From the NCBI GenBank assembly GCA_025603075.1, contig MU626277.1:116519-180518 (forward strand): 64,000 nucleotides of DNA. Reading direction: 5' to 3'. The DNA comes from Neoconidiobolus thromboides FSU 785 (Eukaryota; Fungi; Entomophthoromycota). The notes under the pieces are model-generated. The model had not been told where the DNA came from and did no database searches. It worked only from the letters and a program-made list of their open reading frames with translations. Shown in pieces: positions 13,861-27,406 of this stretch. Position numbers and translations under genes: made by a program. How positions within the stretch are numbered: the first letter of the stretch is position 1; each line of letters opens with the position of its first letter.

Positions 13861-16152
13861 TCATGCTTTTAAGTTTTCATCTTGATTAACTTTAACATTT
13901 AAGTGTCCCAGCAGTTGTATAGAATACCAAAAATCCTTTAGCAATTTTTTTCTAGAAATTGGATAGTGTAGCTTTTCTTTGAATTCTATATCCTTATTGT
14001 CAATATATGATTTGTATTCAACCAATTGTCTAACTAACTGAACGGTAGAGTAGATATAGCCAGTATTATTATTTAGTATTAAAGTCACTTGCTGACTATT
14101 TTGAGAAAAATAAAATGTACTTTTATTTTTTAGCTCCACCTATATAAAGTTTAACGTGTTTTTAGTTTCTAAGAAGTATAAATTACCTGAACGTCTTCAT
14201 TATAAAACACAAACACGACATACTGTGAAGTTTTGAACGACTTGATCACATGTAAATTCTCTTTCAATTCATTAATTTTGTAATCATATTCATATTTTTG
14301 AGTATAGATTACATCAGGAATTTCTTTAATTACATCCGAAAACTTTTCAATATAGTTTTTTAATATTTCACTTTTTTTCTTTAAAGTAGTTTGCATTTCA
14401 GTCTCAATTAACTTTCTATCTTCCTCGTTGATGGCCAATCCATCTGATATATAACAATATTGAGTTTGAGTTACCCCTTCAAAATTGGCGGTGTTCAAAG
14501 TAGAACGATCTGGGTATTGCACTGCTTTTACGTTATTTACAAAGCTATGTGCAAAACCGAACCGGTTTCCATAGCTATAATAATGAGTTATATGGTTTGG
14601 TATCCTAAATTCTTCTTCCTTTAGATCCATAAGCTCTAAGTAAAGTTTATCTCCAGCACGTGACTTTTCCAAATCAATTTTATTGCCATAAGTTGCCTTA
14701 TTTTCATAATCAAAAACTGTTTTAAATACATCCGTAATCCTTGATATTCCATTTTTGATCTTTTTGATTATCTCTTCATCCTTCAATAAGAGATCCCTTT
14801 GTAATATTGTTTGATTATTCTCATTAATATTTCTAATAAAGCTTTTTTCCTTATTTTCCATGATTATAGTTTTAGGCATTGGTTTATCATCTTTACTCAT
14901 GGATAAATCTTTTTTATTGGCTTCTCCATACTTTTCCGATTCTATTGAACCAGATGATGAATATTTCCTTTTTAATAAATTATTTTCTGTTCTGATTAAA
15001 TTAATAAGCGAATCGTTTCTATCTTGATTTGTCCTTTCTTTATTATCTACATGGTTTAGCGCATGGTCTCCTTTTCCAACATCCGATCCGTCAAATTCTT
15101 TACCATTGGAGCGTTCAAGTACCATCTCTTTCATATAATCATCCCACTCAGCAATTTGTTTTAATGAAAGTTTGCGCTCTAATATTGTAAGTGGGAGGTA
15201 CATGGGAGTATATCCTTTAAAAAACTCATGATCTTTGATATCATCTATAGCTGGTCTATTGAGTGGTTGAGGTGTCAATAGTCGAACTATTAGGTTTTTA
15301 AGTTGAAGACTCTCGCTAGGCTCGCCAGGAAATTTTAGTTTGACACGGATAAGGTTTCTAACTATGCCTACATCAGTTTTTGCATTAAATGGTGGTGTTT
15401 TATATCTCATGGTGTAAAGTAAAACACCAAAGGACCAAAAATCTACACTATTATTATGGTGGGAAGTTGTAGTAAACATCTCTGGGGCAGCATAATTTGG
15501 TGTACCACAAAATGTTTTCCTAAGTTCTTTTCTATCGCTACAAATTGCTGCTAAACCAAAATCCGAAATTTTGACTTTCATATCTTTTGTAATCAATACA
15601 TTACCTGGTTTAAGATCTCGGTGTATAATATTACATGTATGCATATACTCTAATGCAATCCTTATTTGCAAAGCAAAATATCTTACTTCACAATCTGTAA
15701 GTCCGTTCCTTCTTTTAATCAATTGATTTAGATCTCCATTCTCGCACAATTCAATTAAAATGTAAATAAAAGTAGAATCATGAAAACAGCCTTCATATTT
15801 AGCAATATTTGGATGATTCAAACGAGCCATAGCTTTTATTTCTTGTCTTAGCTAGAAACATTAATTAATATTAAATTTATTTCTAAAACCCTGTTTACCT
15901 GCGCTTTCCTTGGCCCTGTATCAAGGTTTTGCTTGAGGGTGACTTTGCAACAAAACTGTCTCTTATTCTGAATATTAGTCACCCGATAGCATTTACTGAA
16001 TCCCCCCTTTTTAACATTTTAAAAGGATTGAGTTTTAATAACGTGTTAATTACCTCTCCTATCTTTTCTTCTCTTTTATATGTTTGACCTTGAACTTCAT
16101 CTTTGAGGATTTTAGGCACCCTAGGCCAGTGCTCTTTTTTAATTTTTAGCAT
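13861..16152 (-). CDS. Divergent Polo-like Ser/Thr kinase (Cdc5/Plo1 family) with degenerate polo-box domain
   Basis: Spliced N-terminal exons give IGEGGFSKCY, FCCKV and EIKAM. HRDLKPGN, DFG and KTFCGTPNYAAPE are intact. C-terminal YSYGNRFGF (PB1-like) and KTSQYVVFVFYNEDVQVEL (PB2-like, intron 14140-14188). Confidence 0.85.
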
Positions 16153-17112
16153 TTCTTGTATAAACTATGTATTTTTCCTATAAAAACGTACAAATGGATT
16201 CTTAAAATATTTAATATTAACTAAATAAACTCAAATCATTAGAATTGATTATTTTTTAAATTTTGATTTTTTTCTACCAAATTATTAGCTAATAAAGGAA
16301 TATGCCAACTTTTTAATCAAATTAATTTAAACTTTTTATCCCTTAAAACTAACAGTGAGTTTACTTCTTTGATAGATATAATATTAAACCCCTTAAGCAA
16401 GGAATAACCATGATATAACAATACTTTACTTGTTTATCAACTATTAAAGTTAAAAGATGTAATTAAAGTCATTTTATTGTCTTTGCTTAAATAAATATAA
16501 TTTTTGGGCAGGATTTTTAGCTTAAAATATACTTTGGATAATCTATTTAAAAGAGTCTAGTTAACATACTCTGCTTCAATTAAATACTAAGCTAAAAAAG
16601 AATAATGGATTAAAAGATAAATATAGATATAAATATAATAGTGTCACACACACCCATATATTTATTGGGATATACCAATTTCTTCAACTTTTAGCATTAT
16701 CAAACCTGATAGTAAGTCAAGTATAGTTGACTTAGCCCATAGGGATAAATTTAATCGGAGGTTGACTCCTCTTAAATTTTGCTTTCAAATAAGTTGATTT
16801 TAGCTTTTGTAAATATTTTCCTTTTAAAAATAGAATAAGACTGCGCACCACGACTTCCTTTCTCAGCCAATACTTTCCCAATGAAATATCATGTAGCAAA
16901 AGCATCTAAAAAGGCCTTAACTAAATAACTAAGTGTTATGATTTCAATACATTTTTGATCTAAATTTTCTATATCATCTATCACTACTATTTCTATATAC
17001 TTTTATAATCTATTCATTTTGTGTCCTTTTCTGTACTGATGTTGCTAATAAATAGTAGTAGTATAGCTTGTAATAATCAATTAACCAAAACTTAATCATA
17101 TCAGATTCTATT

Positions 17113-17127
17113 AGAAAATTCTAGAAG
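17113..17127 (+). promoter_or_regulatory. Heat-shock element (three inverted nGAAn units) upstream of SSC1
   Basis: aGAAaaTTCtaGAAg, a perfect HSF consensus, ~385 bp upstream of the mtHsp70 ATG. Confidence 0.7.
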
Positions 17128-17499
17128 TGACTACTTTTAAGGATATTTTGAAATCCGAGAAAAATGATGCTCATTAGCGAATCCTTCTCATTAATTAGAA
17201 TGAATTTCTTACTCTTATTGGTTTTATTTTAAAGCAAAATCTATCTAAAATTAAAGCCACTTAGCCCAAGCTATTGTAAGCAAATTATTGTCGAGCGATT
17301 CTAGAAAAAAGGTGAGTTAATTTGCTACTTCAAGAATTTGAATTTCCCCAAAACTCAATTCTTAGCAATTTTTCAAAGAATTTATGATCTAATCGAAAAA
17401 TAGGAAATTATAAAATAAGACAATCCAAAAAGTAGTCATAGTTTAATCAAAAATTAGAATTTAGACTACTCTCTCTTTTTCTTGAGATAAATTTATATC

Positions 17500-19615
<2,116 letters not shown>

Positions 19616-19974
19616 ACTAACCTAACGAATCTAATATATTATAAAAAGGCACCTTGAGCCTCTAATAGAGGGATAGATGTGCATCATTAAATTAAAATTA
19701 TTGCTTATAATTTTTAAAATATATTAATAAACATTTTAAAATTTTTATAGGCATTCACTACTTTTTAAACTGAAGTTATAATTTATTAAGGTTTTAATGT
19801 ATAAATAGTTTTATCAATTATTAAATATTTTTAAAAGATCAGTATATAGTATTAAGGTTATTTTATTTACTGTTAAATAGCGACGAACAAAACCAGTTTT
19901 ATGTTTATATAAAATAGAAAAAGATGATGGTTTTGTAACATAAAATTTTGAAACAAAGAAAATGATAGTCTATT

Positions 19975-20069
19975 TGGGGATGTGTCTTGTTTAAAAATTT
20001 TACTATAATCTTTCACTTAGATAGTGTTTAAAAAATGGAAGAATAATGAAACCAAAAAAAACAGCCCCA
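19975..20069 (-). mobile_element. MITE-like ~100-bp repeat, copy B
   Basis: TGGGGATGT...ACAGCCCCA terminal inverted repeat with the family core in reverse orientation. Confidence 0.85.
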
Positions 20070-20347
20070 TTTGCTAGTGTTCTAATATATTTCATGAAAA
20101 GAGTTCAACTAAAAAATATTCATAAATTTGAAAAGTATAAACTTTGTAATTTTCAAGTTGAGATGAATAATATAAAAGTTTGTTCAAATAATAGCTTAAA
20201 AGAAAATAATGAATCCATATCATAATACAAATAATATACTTGTAAATTAAATAACCATTATTTTTATTAAAAGGTAAAGATGATTTAATAATCAAATAAT
20301 TCAAAATACTTGTATTTTGAAATAAAGCGATAAAATATTATAGGTAT

Positions 20348-20448
20348 TGGGGATGTTTTTTTTGGTTTCATTACTTTTTCCATCCTCTAAGTACTATTTG
20401 AGCGGAAAAATTATTAATAAAATCCTTAAATATAAAAATACATCCCCA
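20348..20448 (+). mobile_element. MITE-like ~100-bp repeat, copy C (best-preserved termini)
   Basis: TGGGGATGTTTTTT...AAAAATACATCCCCA imperfect ~15-bp TIR, flanked by TAT on both sides. Confidence 0.9.
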
Positions 20449-20662
20449 TATAATAGATGAAAGATGCAACTTAAACTATTTGTTTTATATGCTTTTCCTT
20501 ACACTTTGTTCAAAAGGCATCCTTTCACAAAGCCAACACTGCATTTCCCATGGTACTATCAAAATAATTATTATAATGTGACTTATTAAATCTTGGTATG
20601 GGATGCTTAATAATAGCTTCAATATAAGTTTTTTTTATTTAAAAAAGCTTTTAATCATAATA

Positions 20663-20762
20663 CAGGGCTGTTTTTTTTGGTTCCATTATTTTTCCATTTT
20701 TTAAGCGCTATTTGAGTGGAAAGGTTGTAGTAAAATTCTTAAATAAAAAAAATACATCCCCA
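20663..20762 (+). mobile_element. MITE-like ~100-bp repeat, copy D
   Basis: CAGGGCTGTTTTTTTTGG...AAAAATACATCCCCA with the family core, flanked by TA on both sides. Confidence 0.88.
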
Positions 20763-20933
20763 TACTATAAAAACTTTTTAATTATTATATAAAATATAAA
20801 AACCAGGTGTTTAAGAAGTAAAAAAATAACAGCTAATATTACTCATTAATTTAAGTTTCTATTGCCTTACTATATATATTAAATTTAGTAAAGTCCTGCA
20901 AACAGAATATCATTAATTTTATTATTTACTATT

Positions 20934-21059
20934 TGGGGATGTTTTTTTTGACTTCATTTCTTTTTCCATCTTTTAAGCGCCATTTGAGTGGAAAAATTCT
21001 TAGTAAAATTCTTAGACTCAATAAACTATTTTAATATTGGGAATGTATTTTTGTATTTA
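20934..21059 (+). mobile_element. MITE-like repeat, copy E: 3'-truncated at 21014, with an inverted 3'-terminal fragment at 21038-21059
   Basis: TGGGGATGT start and core through AAAATTCTTA. 23 bp later comes TTGGGAATGTATTTTTGTATTTA, the reverse complement of the missing 3' end. Confidence 0.82.
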
Positions 21060-21355
21060 TCATTTTTTGTTCAATTTGAATTTTTTTAGGTCACGTTAAC
21101 TTTATTTACGAAATCTTAAGGTACTATAGCCGTTGTGTTTACAAGTTGCTTTTGCTCTATCTTACTTTGTATCGTGCCAATTGATTTAGGGTTTTGATTA
21201 TAAAAATGATTTATTAATCAATATTTAACTTTAATTTATTTTAAATTTGAATTGCAATTTTTATATAATTTTTTTTAGATCTAAACATCACTTAAAAATT
21301 TCTAAATTCAGTTTTTTAACTTTTATTTTTGATTAGTGGATAATAAATTTAAGCT

Positions 21356-22115
21356 ATGTATCATGAATTATTAATTATTTTAGGGTATTCAGAAGAAATA
21401 TTTGAACTAAGAAAAGGATAGCGATCAATAGAAAAGATATAAACTCAAAAATCAGATAATCAAGATGACATCAAATTACAAGAGAATACCGAAACTTCTA
21501 AAGAGTATTTTTCGATCAACAAAAGCTTCCCAACCATAGAATCAGAAGAGATGAGTCAATAAATCGGACATTAAAATTAATGGGAAAGTACAAAGAAATT
21601 AAATCTTATATAGGGTTGAAAGGGAATGAATATTCAATATTTACTTAGTCATTTAAGTTAAATTTAAATAAAGTTATGGAGAAATATGAAAAAAGATAGC
21701 TATTGTTGGTTAAAAACTTAGATTGTAATAACGTACTAACATCATATCTGTTAAGTATCAAAGACACTGAGTTGAAATGACTTTTGTTTTTGAAAAAGTT
21801 AATTAATAAGATTGTTAGGAGCAAGTTGAATAAAGAGCAAGTTGAATAAAGAGCAAGTTTACAAGATAGTTTACAAGAATCGAATTCACAGTAGTGAAGC
21901 AGCTAAATAGAAATTAGCAATATATTTATTCAATTGAATTTGGTATTTTTAAATCATTTGATACATTTGCTAAATAGTAATACCCATGATCCATATTTTG
22001 AATTTTTTGTCATGTTAGATAACATTAATATTATCAATAATACAACAACAGTTTATAGTATTTATGAAGATGATAGTAATAGCACCAATCTGAATTTTAT
22101 CACGCTGGATAATGA
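21356..22115 (+). pseudogene. Decayed, 3'-truncated inverted duplicate of the GCP4 gene at 31774-33870
   Basis: ATGTATCATGAATTATTA (MYHELLIILGYSEEIFELRK) aligns to the GCP4 start MYHELLLALMGYPGEIFQLKK. EYFSINKS, HDPYFEFFVMLDN and NLNFITLD are also shared. It carries multiple stops, frameshifts and a 16-bp tandem duplication at ~21820-21853. Confidence 0.9.
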
Positions 22116-22556
22116 GGCAGCCCGTTTTTGATACAAGTTTTTAGCAGATGAGTAAACTTAGTATGTAAACCCAGGAATCGAACCCGTTCAGCCGTTTTAA
22201 ATTCAAAATAGAATTTTAGTGATGAAATTTTGAAAAATTAACAAATCCCATAATCATATTAAAATTAAATTCTGATAAGTGAATTTTATTGATATCAGCA
22301 GCTATTAAGATAAGTTTCTAATTCATCCATTTAGTCCTTGAGACACTTGTTTTAATGAGAGGGGTGTGTGGGAGACTATACCAATTTATATGAGCTTATG
22401 AACCAATTTCAATGAGATCGCCTTTATGTGTCAGCTATAATGTGTTTAATTTGGAGAATAAATTGCAACTTCTTTCAATACAAATCTGGAGTCTGCTTAT
22501 ATCCACCAGATGCAACAGAATAATGTAATTTTTATTTTTTGATAGTAGTTTGAGCT

Positions 22557-22979
22557 TAAAATGATTATAAATTAATGTAAAATTCAAAATGAAACAAAAT
22601 GATTTTTTAAAACATTAAGAAATTGGGAATCTCTATGATATTTTTATTTTTTATATAACTTTTTTAAGTTGAGGTATTAATCCTATTTTCATTAGATTGG
22701 ATTTCTGTTGCTATGAATGTGTAACTTCTTGTTGATACTTATACTTGAGCAAACTCAATACCGCTAAGGGTAAGTTTTTTTATCTAACTATTTAATAACA
22801 GTCATAAAATGATTATAAATTAATGTAAAATTTAAAATGAAACAAAATGATTTTTTAAACATTAAGAAATTGGGAATCTCTATGATATTTAACTTTATAT
22901 TTTTAAAACTTTTTAAGTTGAGATATTAATTCTATTTTTATTAGATATGCTGTTGACTATAAATGTGCGACTTCTCTGT
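22557..22979. repeat. Direct tandem duplication, two ~175-bp units offset by ~248 bp
   Basis: TAAAATGATTATAAATTAATGTAAAATT.AAAATGAAACAAAATGATTTTTT..ACATTAAGAAATTGGGAATCTCTATGATATTT starts at both 22557 and 22805. Similarity decays toward ~22732 and ~22979. Confidence 0.9.
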
Positions 22980-23238
22980 ATTTATATTTATTTGATGCAT
23001 TACTATAGTGTAGCTTGTTAACTTGTATATTAAAAGTTATAAATTAAATTTTATTTAATTTTTTAGTTTTCAATTAAATAGTTTATAAAAATATAAATCA
23101 CCATAATTAACAATCTTTCAACCAAATAATGTAATCAAAATTAATAGTAATTGATACAAAAAGTTTTTATTCAATATACAAAATAACTCTTTATTACAAT
23201 GTATTTTTATTTAATCTATAATTTTTTTACAAAATTAA

Positions 23239-25976
23239 TTAAATTTCACAATCATCATCATTAAAGTTTTCCATGCCATCTTCTTGAGCTAATTTACGAG
23301 CAATAGCAATATTAGGGGATTTAATAAGTCCAGGTACTAACATAGCAGCGGTGGCTTCAATGGGATGAGCAAATTTATGTTGATTAGCTAACCCTGAGTT
23401 ACCTGTATGATGATCTAAATTTAATTTAGGCATCCCTAAATTAAAATCTGTTAAAGGCGAATTTAAGCTTCCAGAGCCTGGCATAGATTTAATAACACCT
23501 TGATGTTTAATCATGTTAACTTCATCCATCCAAGTTTCATAACGATAGGAAACTCTGATATCAGGTACATTTGTTTTTTGTACATTATTGCCCATTGGAC
23601 CAGGTTTATGACAATTTTCACCTAACCAATGTTTTTTAATATTTAATTCAAATCCAGATTGTAATACAGAATTTCTTGATATTTCACACATATCTGTTGG
23701 AGATAATTTCCAAATTTGTGCTGCAACAGAATATTCTTCAATTAAAGGTTCTTTCGTAAAATGAAACTGTAAAGGATCATCTGTAGATAAACTAACATTT
23801 AGGCCTCTTTGGAAGTAAGAATGGAATGGATTACGTTCATAATTTAAAAATAAAGCATTATTGCTTAATGGTGACATATGAATAGGTATCTGTTCCAAAT
23901 AAAATAGATATTGTAGTACTGGTACTTTGCGTAATAAAATACCATGACTAATACCAAAAGAAGTTAAAAAGGTAGAAGCTAAATGATCTGTATCACCAGC
24001 TTCACCAGAATGTGGACGTAGCATAAAGGTATTGAAATTACGATCTTTTCTCCAATGATTTAAACTTACTAAATTAGCATACATAAAATAAATATAATAA
24101 GAATAAGGTGGATTATGTCTAGTATCCCATTGTTTAGGTAATGGAAATTTGTGATGAATTCTTCTCTCTGGTTTACTTTCATCATCTACACTATCGAATC
24201 CTACTACCCTTTGTAAAAATACATGAAGTTTTGGATGAGACTTTGGATTTTGAGTTACTTCGTATAAAGGTTTAAATACATTTCGAATTACGTCTTCAAA
24301 ATTTTGTACATTTCCAGAAGAATGATATACATTATATAGTCTTGGTAATTGAATTAACCAACGTACATTATGAAATACTAATTCATTATCAATTACCCAC
24401 TCTGCAAGTTTATCCCATTCATCTGCTGTTCTTCCATAAATTGATAAACGGTATTCAGCCATTTGATATTTACTAGATTCAAGATCGTTAACTACTTCCT
24501 TAGTAAGTTCAGCCAAATATTTTCCTTTAACATAATTGTCAGTTTTTAAGAAAATTTCTCTAAGACGTGATTCTCCAATTGGATTATATTTTAAATTAAA
24601 TTTATCAAATCGATGGAAAGAATCTTTATGAGCCTAAAAAAGTATCAATCATTTATACATATAAATAAAATATATTATGTTTACATGCATATCTAAAGTA
24701 TCAATACTTAAATCATAGGAAGTTAAATTGAGTGATTCAAATACTTGGGCTAAAGTCAAATGCTTGTTATCACGGAAGATAACTACATCCTAATTAAATT
24801 AGAATTTTTATAATAAAACCAATAAAATGATACTTACATCTGGGCATTTCTTTAATTTAGCTTTGATAAAACGTAATAAATGTTTTTGATTCATACAAGC
24901 AGAATGATGAATATGAGTATCTACTTTACGTACATTATAAAAATCACGATGAGGTACACCCTAAAGCAAAGTTTATTTATTACAAATAATAAAATAATTT
25001 AAAATCAAATTACCTTTGATGCAGCTAATTCTTGATATTCATTTAATAAAGAATATAATTGAAATTTAGATTCCAAATAACGAATACGACGATAAGCAAA
25101 TGATTTAGTTGGTCCATCGGATATAATTTGTAATATAAATTCCAAGTCTGAAAAATGTTCTTTGATACTGGGCACTTCATATAGATATTTTCCATTTTCA
25201 AGATCTAGTTGATTAAAAATATTAGTATTAAATTATAATATACTTTTTTCTATTTTTTACCTTCTTGAGAATTATAAACTCTATAAAGGCCTGCATCATC
25301 CATACCAAATACCTTCTATTATAAAAAGTATTAATAACTATTTTATAATAATAGATCATAATCCTTACCGAACATTCTTCAGGAATTTTGCAATCTTCAA
25401 AACGAAATCGATTATCAGGATGAGAAGAAGGGTTATCTTTTGGAGACCAATGAGGTGGAGGTGGAGGTGGATAAATTTCCCAATCCTCTTTATTTTGAGG
25501 ACCATCGTTGATATTTTGTAAAGAAGCATTGATATGTTTTTGACGAAGTTGACAACATTTCTTTAAAGTATTTAATAATTCGGTTAATTCTTCTTGAAGT
25601 TGATTTTCTATAGAAAGGTTTTGTGATTGTTAATTTTGATCAGTTTAAGTTAAAAAGATAAATATTACCCTGTAAACTAGTTTTTGCAAAATTTTCTGAT
25701 AATTTCTCTAAAACTTCACTACTTAAACTACGAAAATCTTCAGGCTTAAGTTTACTAGTTTGATCAAATTGATGATGGGCAAACAATTTAGCATTTTCCT
25801 AAAAAAAATACTATTAGCCTTGTTAAGCTATATAAATCAATTATAAATCTTACGGATTGAATAGATTTATTTAATTGGTAAGTAAAGAAAGGAGAAGCTA
25901 ATCCCTTATCATTAGAATCTACAAGTTCTTCTGATAATGAAGGAGATAATAAATCCTTTGGTGTAAATTTATCCAT
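23239..25976 (-). CDS. AMD1: AMP deaminase, multi-exon
   Basis: [72 protein letters not shown] and [15 protein letters not shown] across spliced exons. Confidence 0.96.
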
Positions 25977-26464
25977 ATTTTTATCTTCTATTTTATAATT
26001 TGAATTATTAAATAAAAGAAAAAAAGAATACTTTTGTTTATAATTTTCTTATTTATACTTTATTTTTGAGTTTATTTTTCATTGTAAAACTTAACCAATA
26101 CATCGTCACTTGTGTCAAATTTTGTTGCAAATTGATAATTCTGACCAATTAAGTAAATGCATGAAATATGCAAATGAATTGATTGGTAAAATTAAGAATA
26201 AAAAAAGGCCGAATCATTATTTTTAGTATATTATATTCTTTATTTATTCATATACCAATTATATAAAATTATTAAATGTAATAGAACTTAATAAGAATTT
26301 ATATCACGTTTTAATTATTTGCCATAGTTTATTCTCATAGCAAATAAGTAGCTTAATTTTTTCATAACTTGAAATATACTAAACTTTACTATTAATAATA
26401 TAATAAATTTATATAACAAAAAATAATAAAAAAGATAGCTAACATTAATAATAAAAATTTATTA

Positions 26465-27331
26465 TTAATACTTCTCCGCCATAATCAACAAAATTAAACT
26501 AGACCAACCAGTGAATGGTTTAGTGCCTTTACCATTTCCATTTATTGGTTCATAAGATTCAAATATAAACCCAGTTTTTTTATAATTCTAAAACGATAAA
26601 TAAATAAACTTATTTAACAAGATATTCGATTTTCCTTACTTGTACCATATTTTCAATTAAATTCTTTCTCAATCCATAATAAATTTTCTTAATTTTTTGA
26701 TCTTCTAAATTTTCATCTAACATTTTTAATATTAAATAATTAATATTTAACCAAATTGGACCACGCCAATATTGTTCTTTAGTTAAATAATTGTTATCTT
26801 TGGAACTTAAACTTAATATTCCATATTCACTCCATAATTCGTTTTTAATTAGTTCAATAATTGAATCATATTCTTTGTCTTCTTTAGTAATTAATCCAGT
26901 TATAAAAGGAATTAAACTTATATATCCTTTATGACATGTATGTTGAATTTTTGCTATTATAATTAATATTTAATTTATTGTTCAATTATATATATGTATA
27001 TTATAGTATAATAAGCTTACTGTTATCCCTATCTATTGTAGCATCGCAAAACATCGTTTCTTCTTGATTCCAGTGAACTTCTAATAAAAAAATTAATATT
27101 ATAAATTAATATTAATATTCTTTATCTTACTAATTAAATTCTTTTTAATAACATTAATTTTGTTTTCGAAATATTTTTCATCTTTCTTATAATTCAATTC
27201 TTTAGCTATATCTTTTAATACTTTACTCATATAACCAACCCATGATAATAAATCTACATGAGCTTCATTATCAGATACTATAGGTCGTGGATAATCATCT
27301 AAACCTAAACAAATTAGAATATTAATTTACA

Positions 27332-27406
<75 letters not shown>

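Noticed and set aside
19975-21059. Repeat-spacer-repeat pattern as a CRISPR array
   Set aside because: Repeats are ~100 bp, diverged and in mixed orientation. Spacers are 170-280 bp and uneven, there are no cas genes, and the context is eukaryotic.
22141-22200. Complete tRNA gene
   Set aside because: Only a T-arm/B-box is present. No acceptor-stem partner or anticodon arm lies at the required spacing.
22330-22520. GC-richer intergenic patch possibly from an integrase
   Set aside because: All frames have frequent stops and there is no convincing motif.
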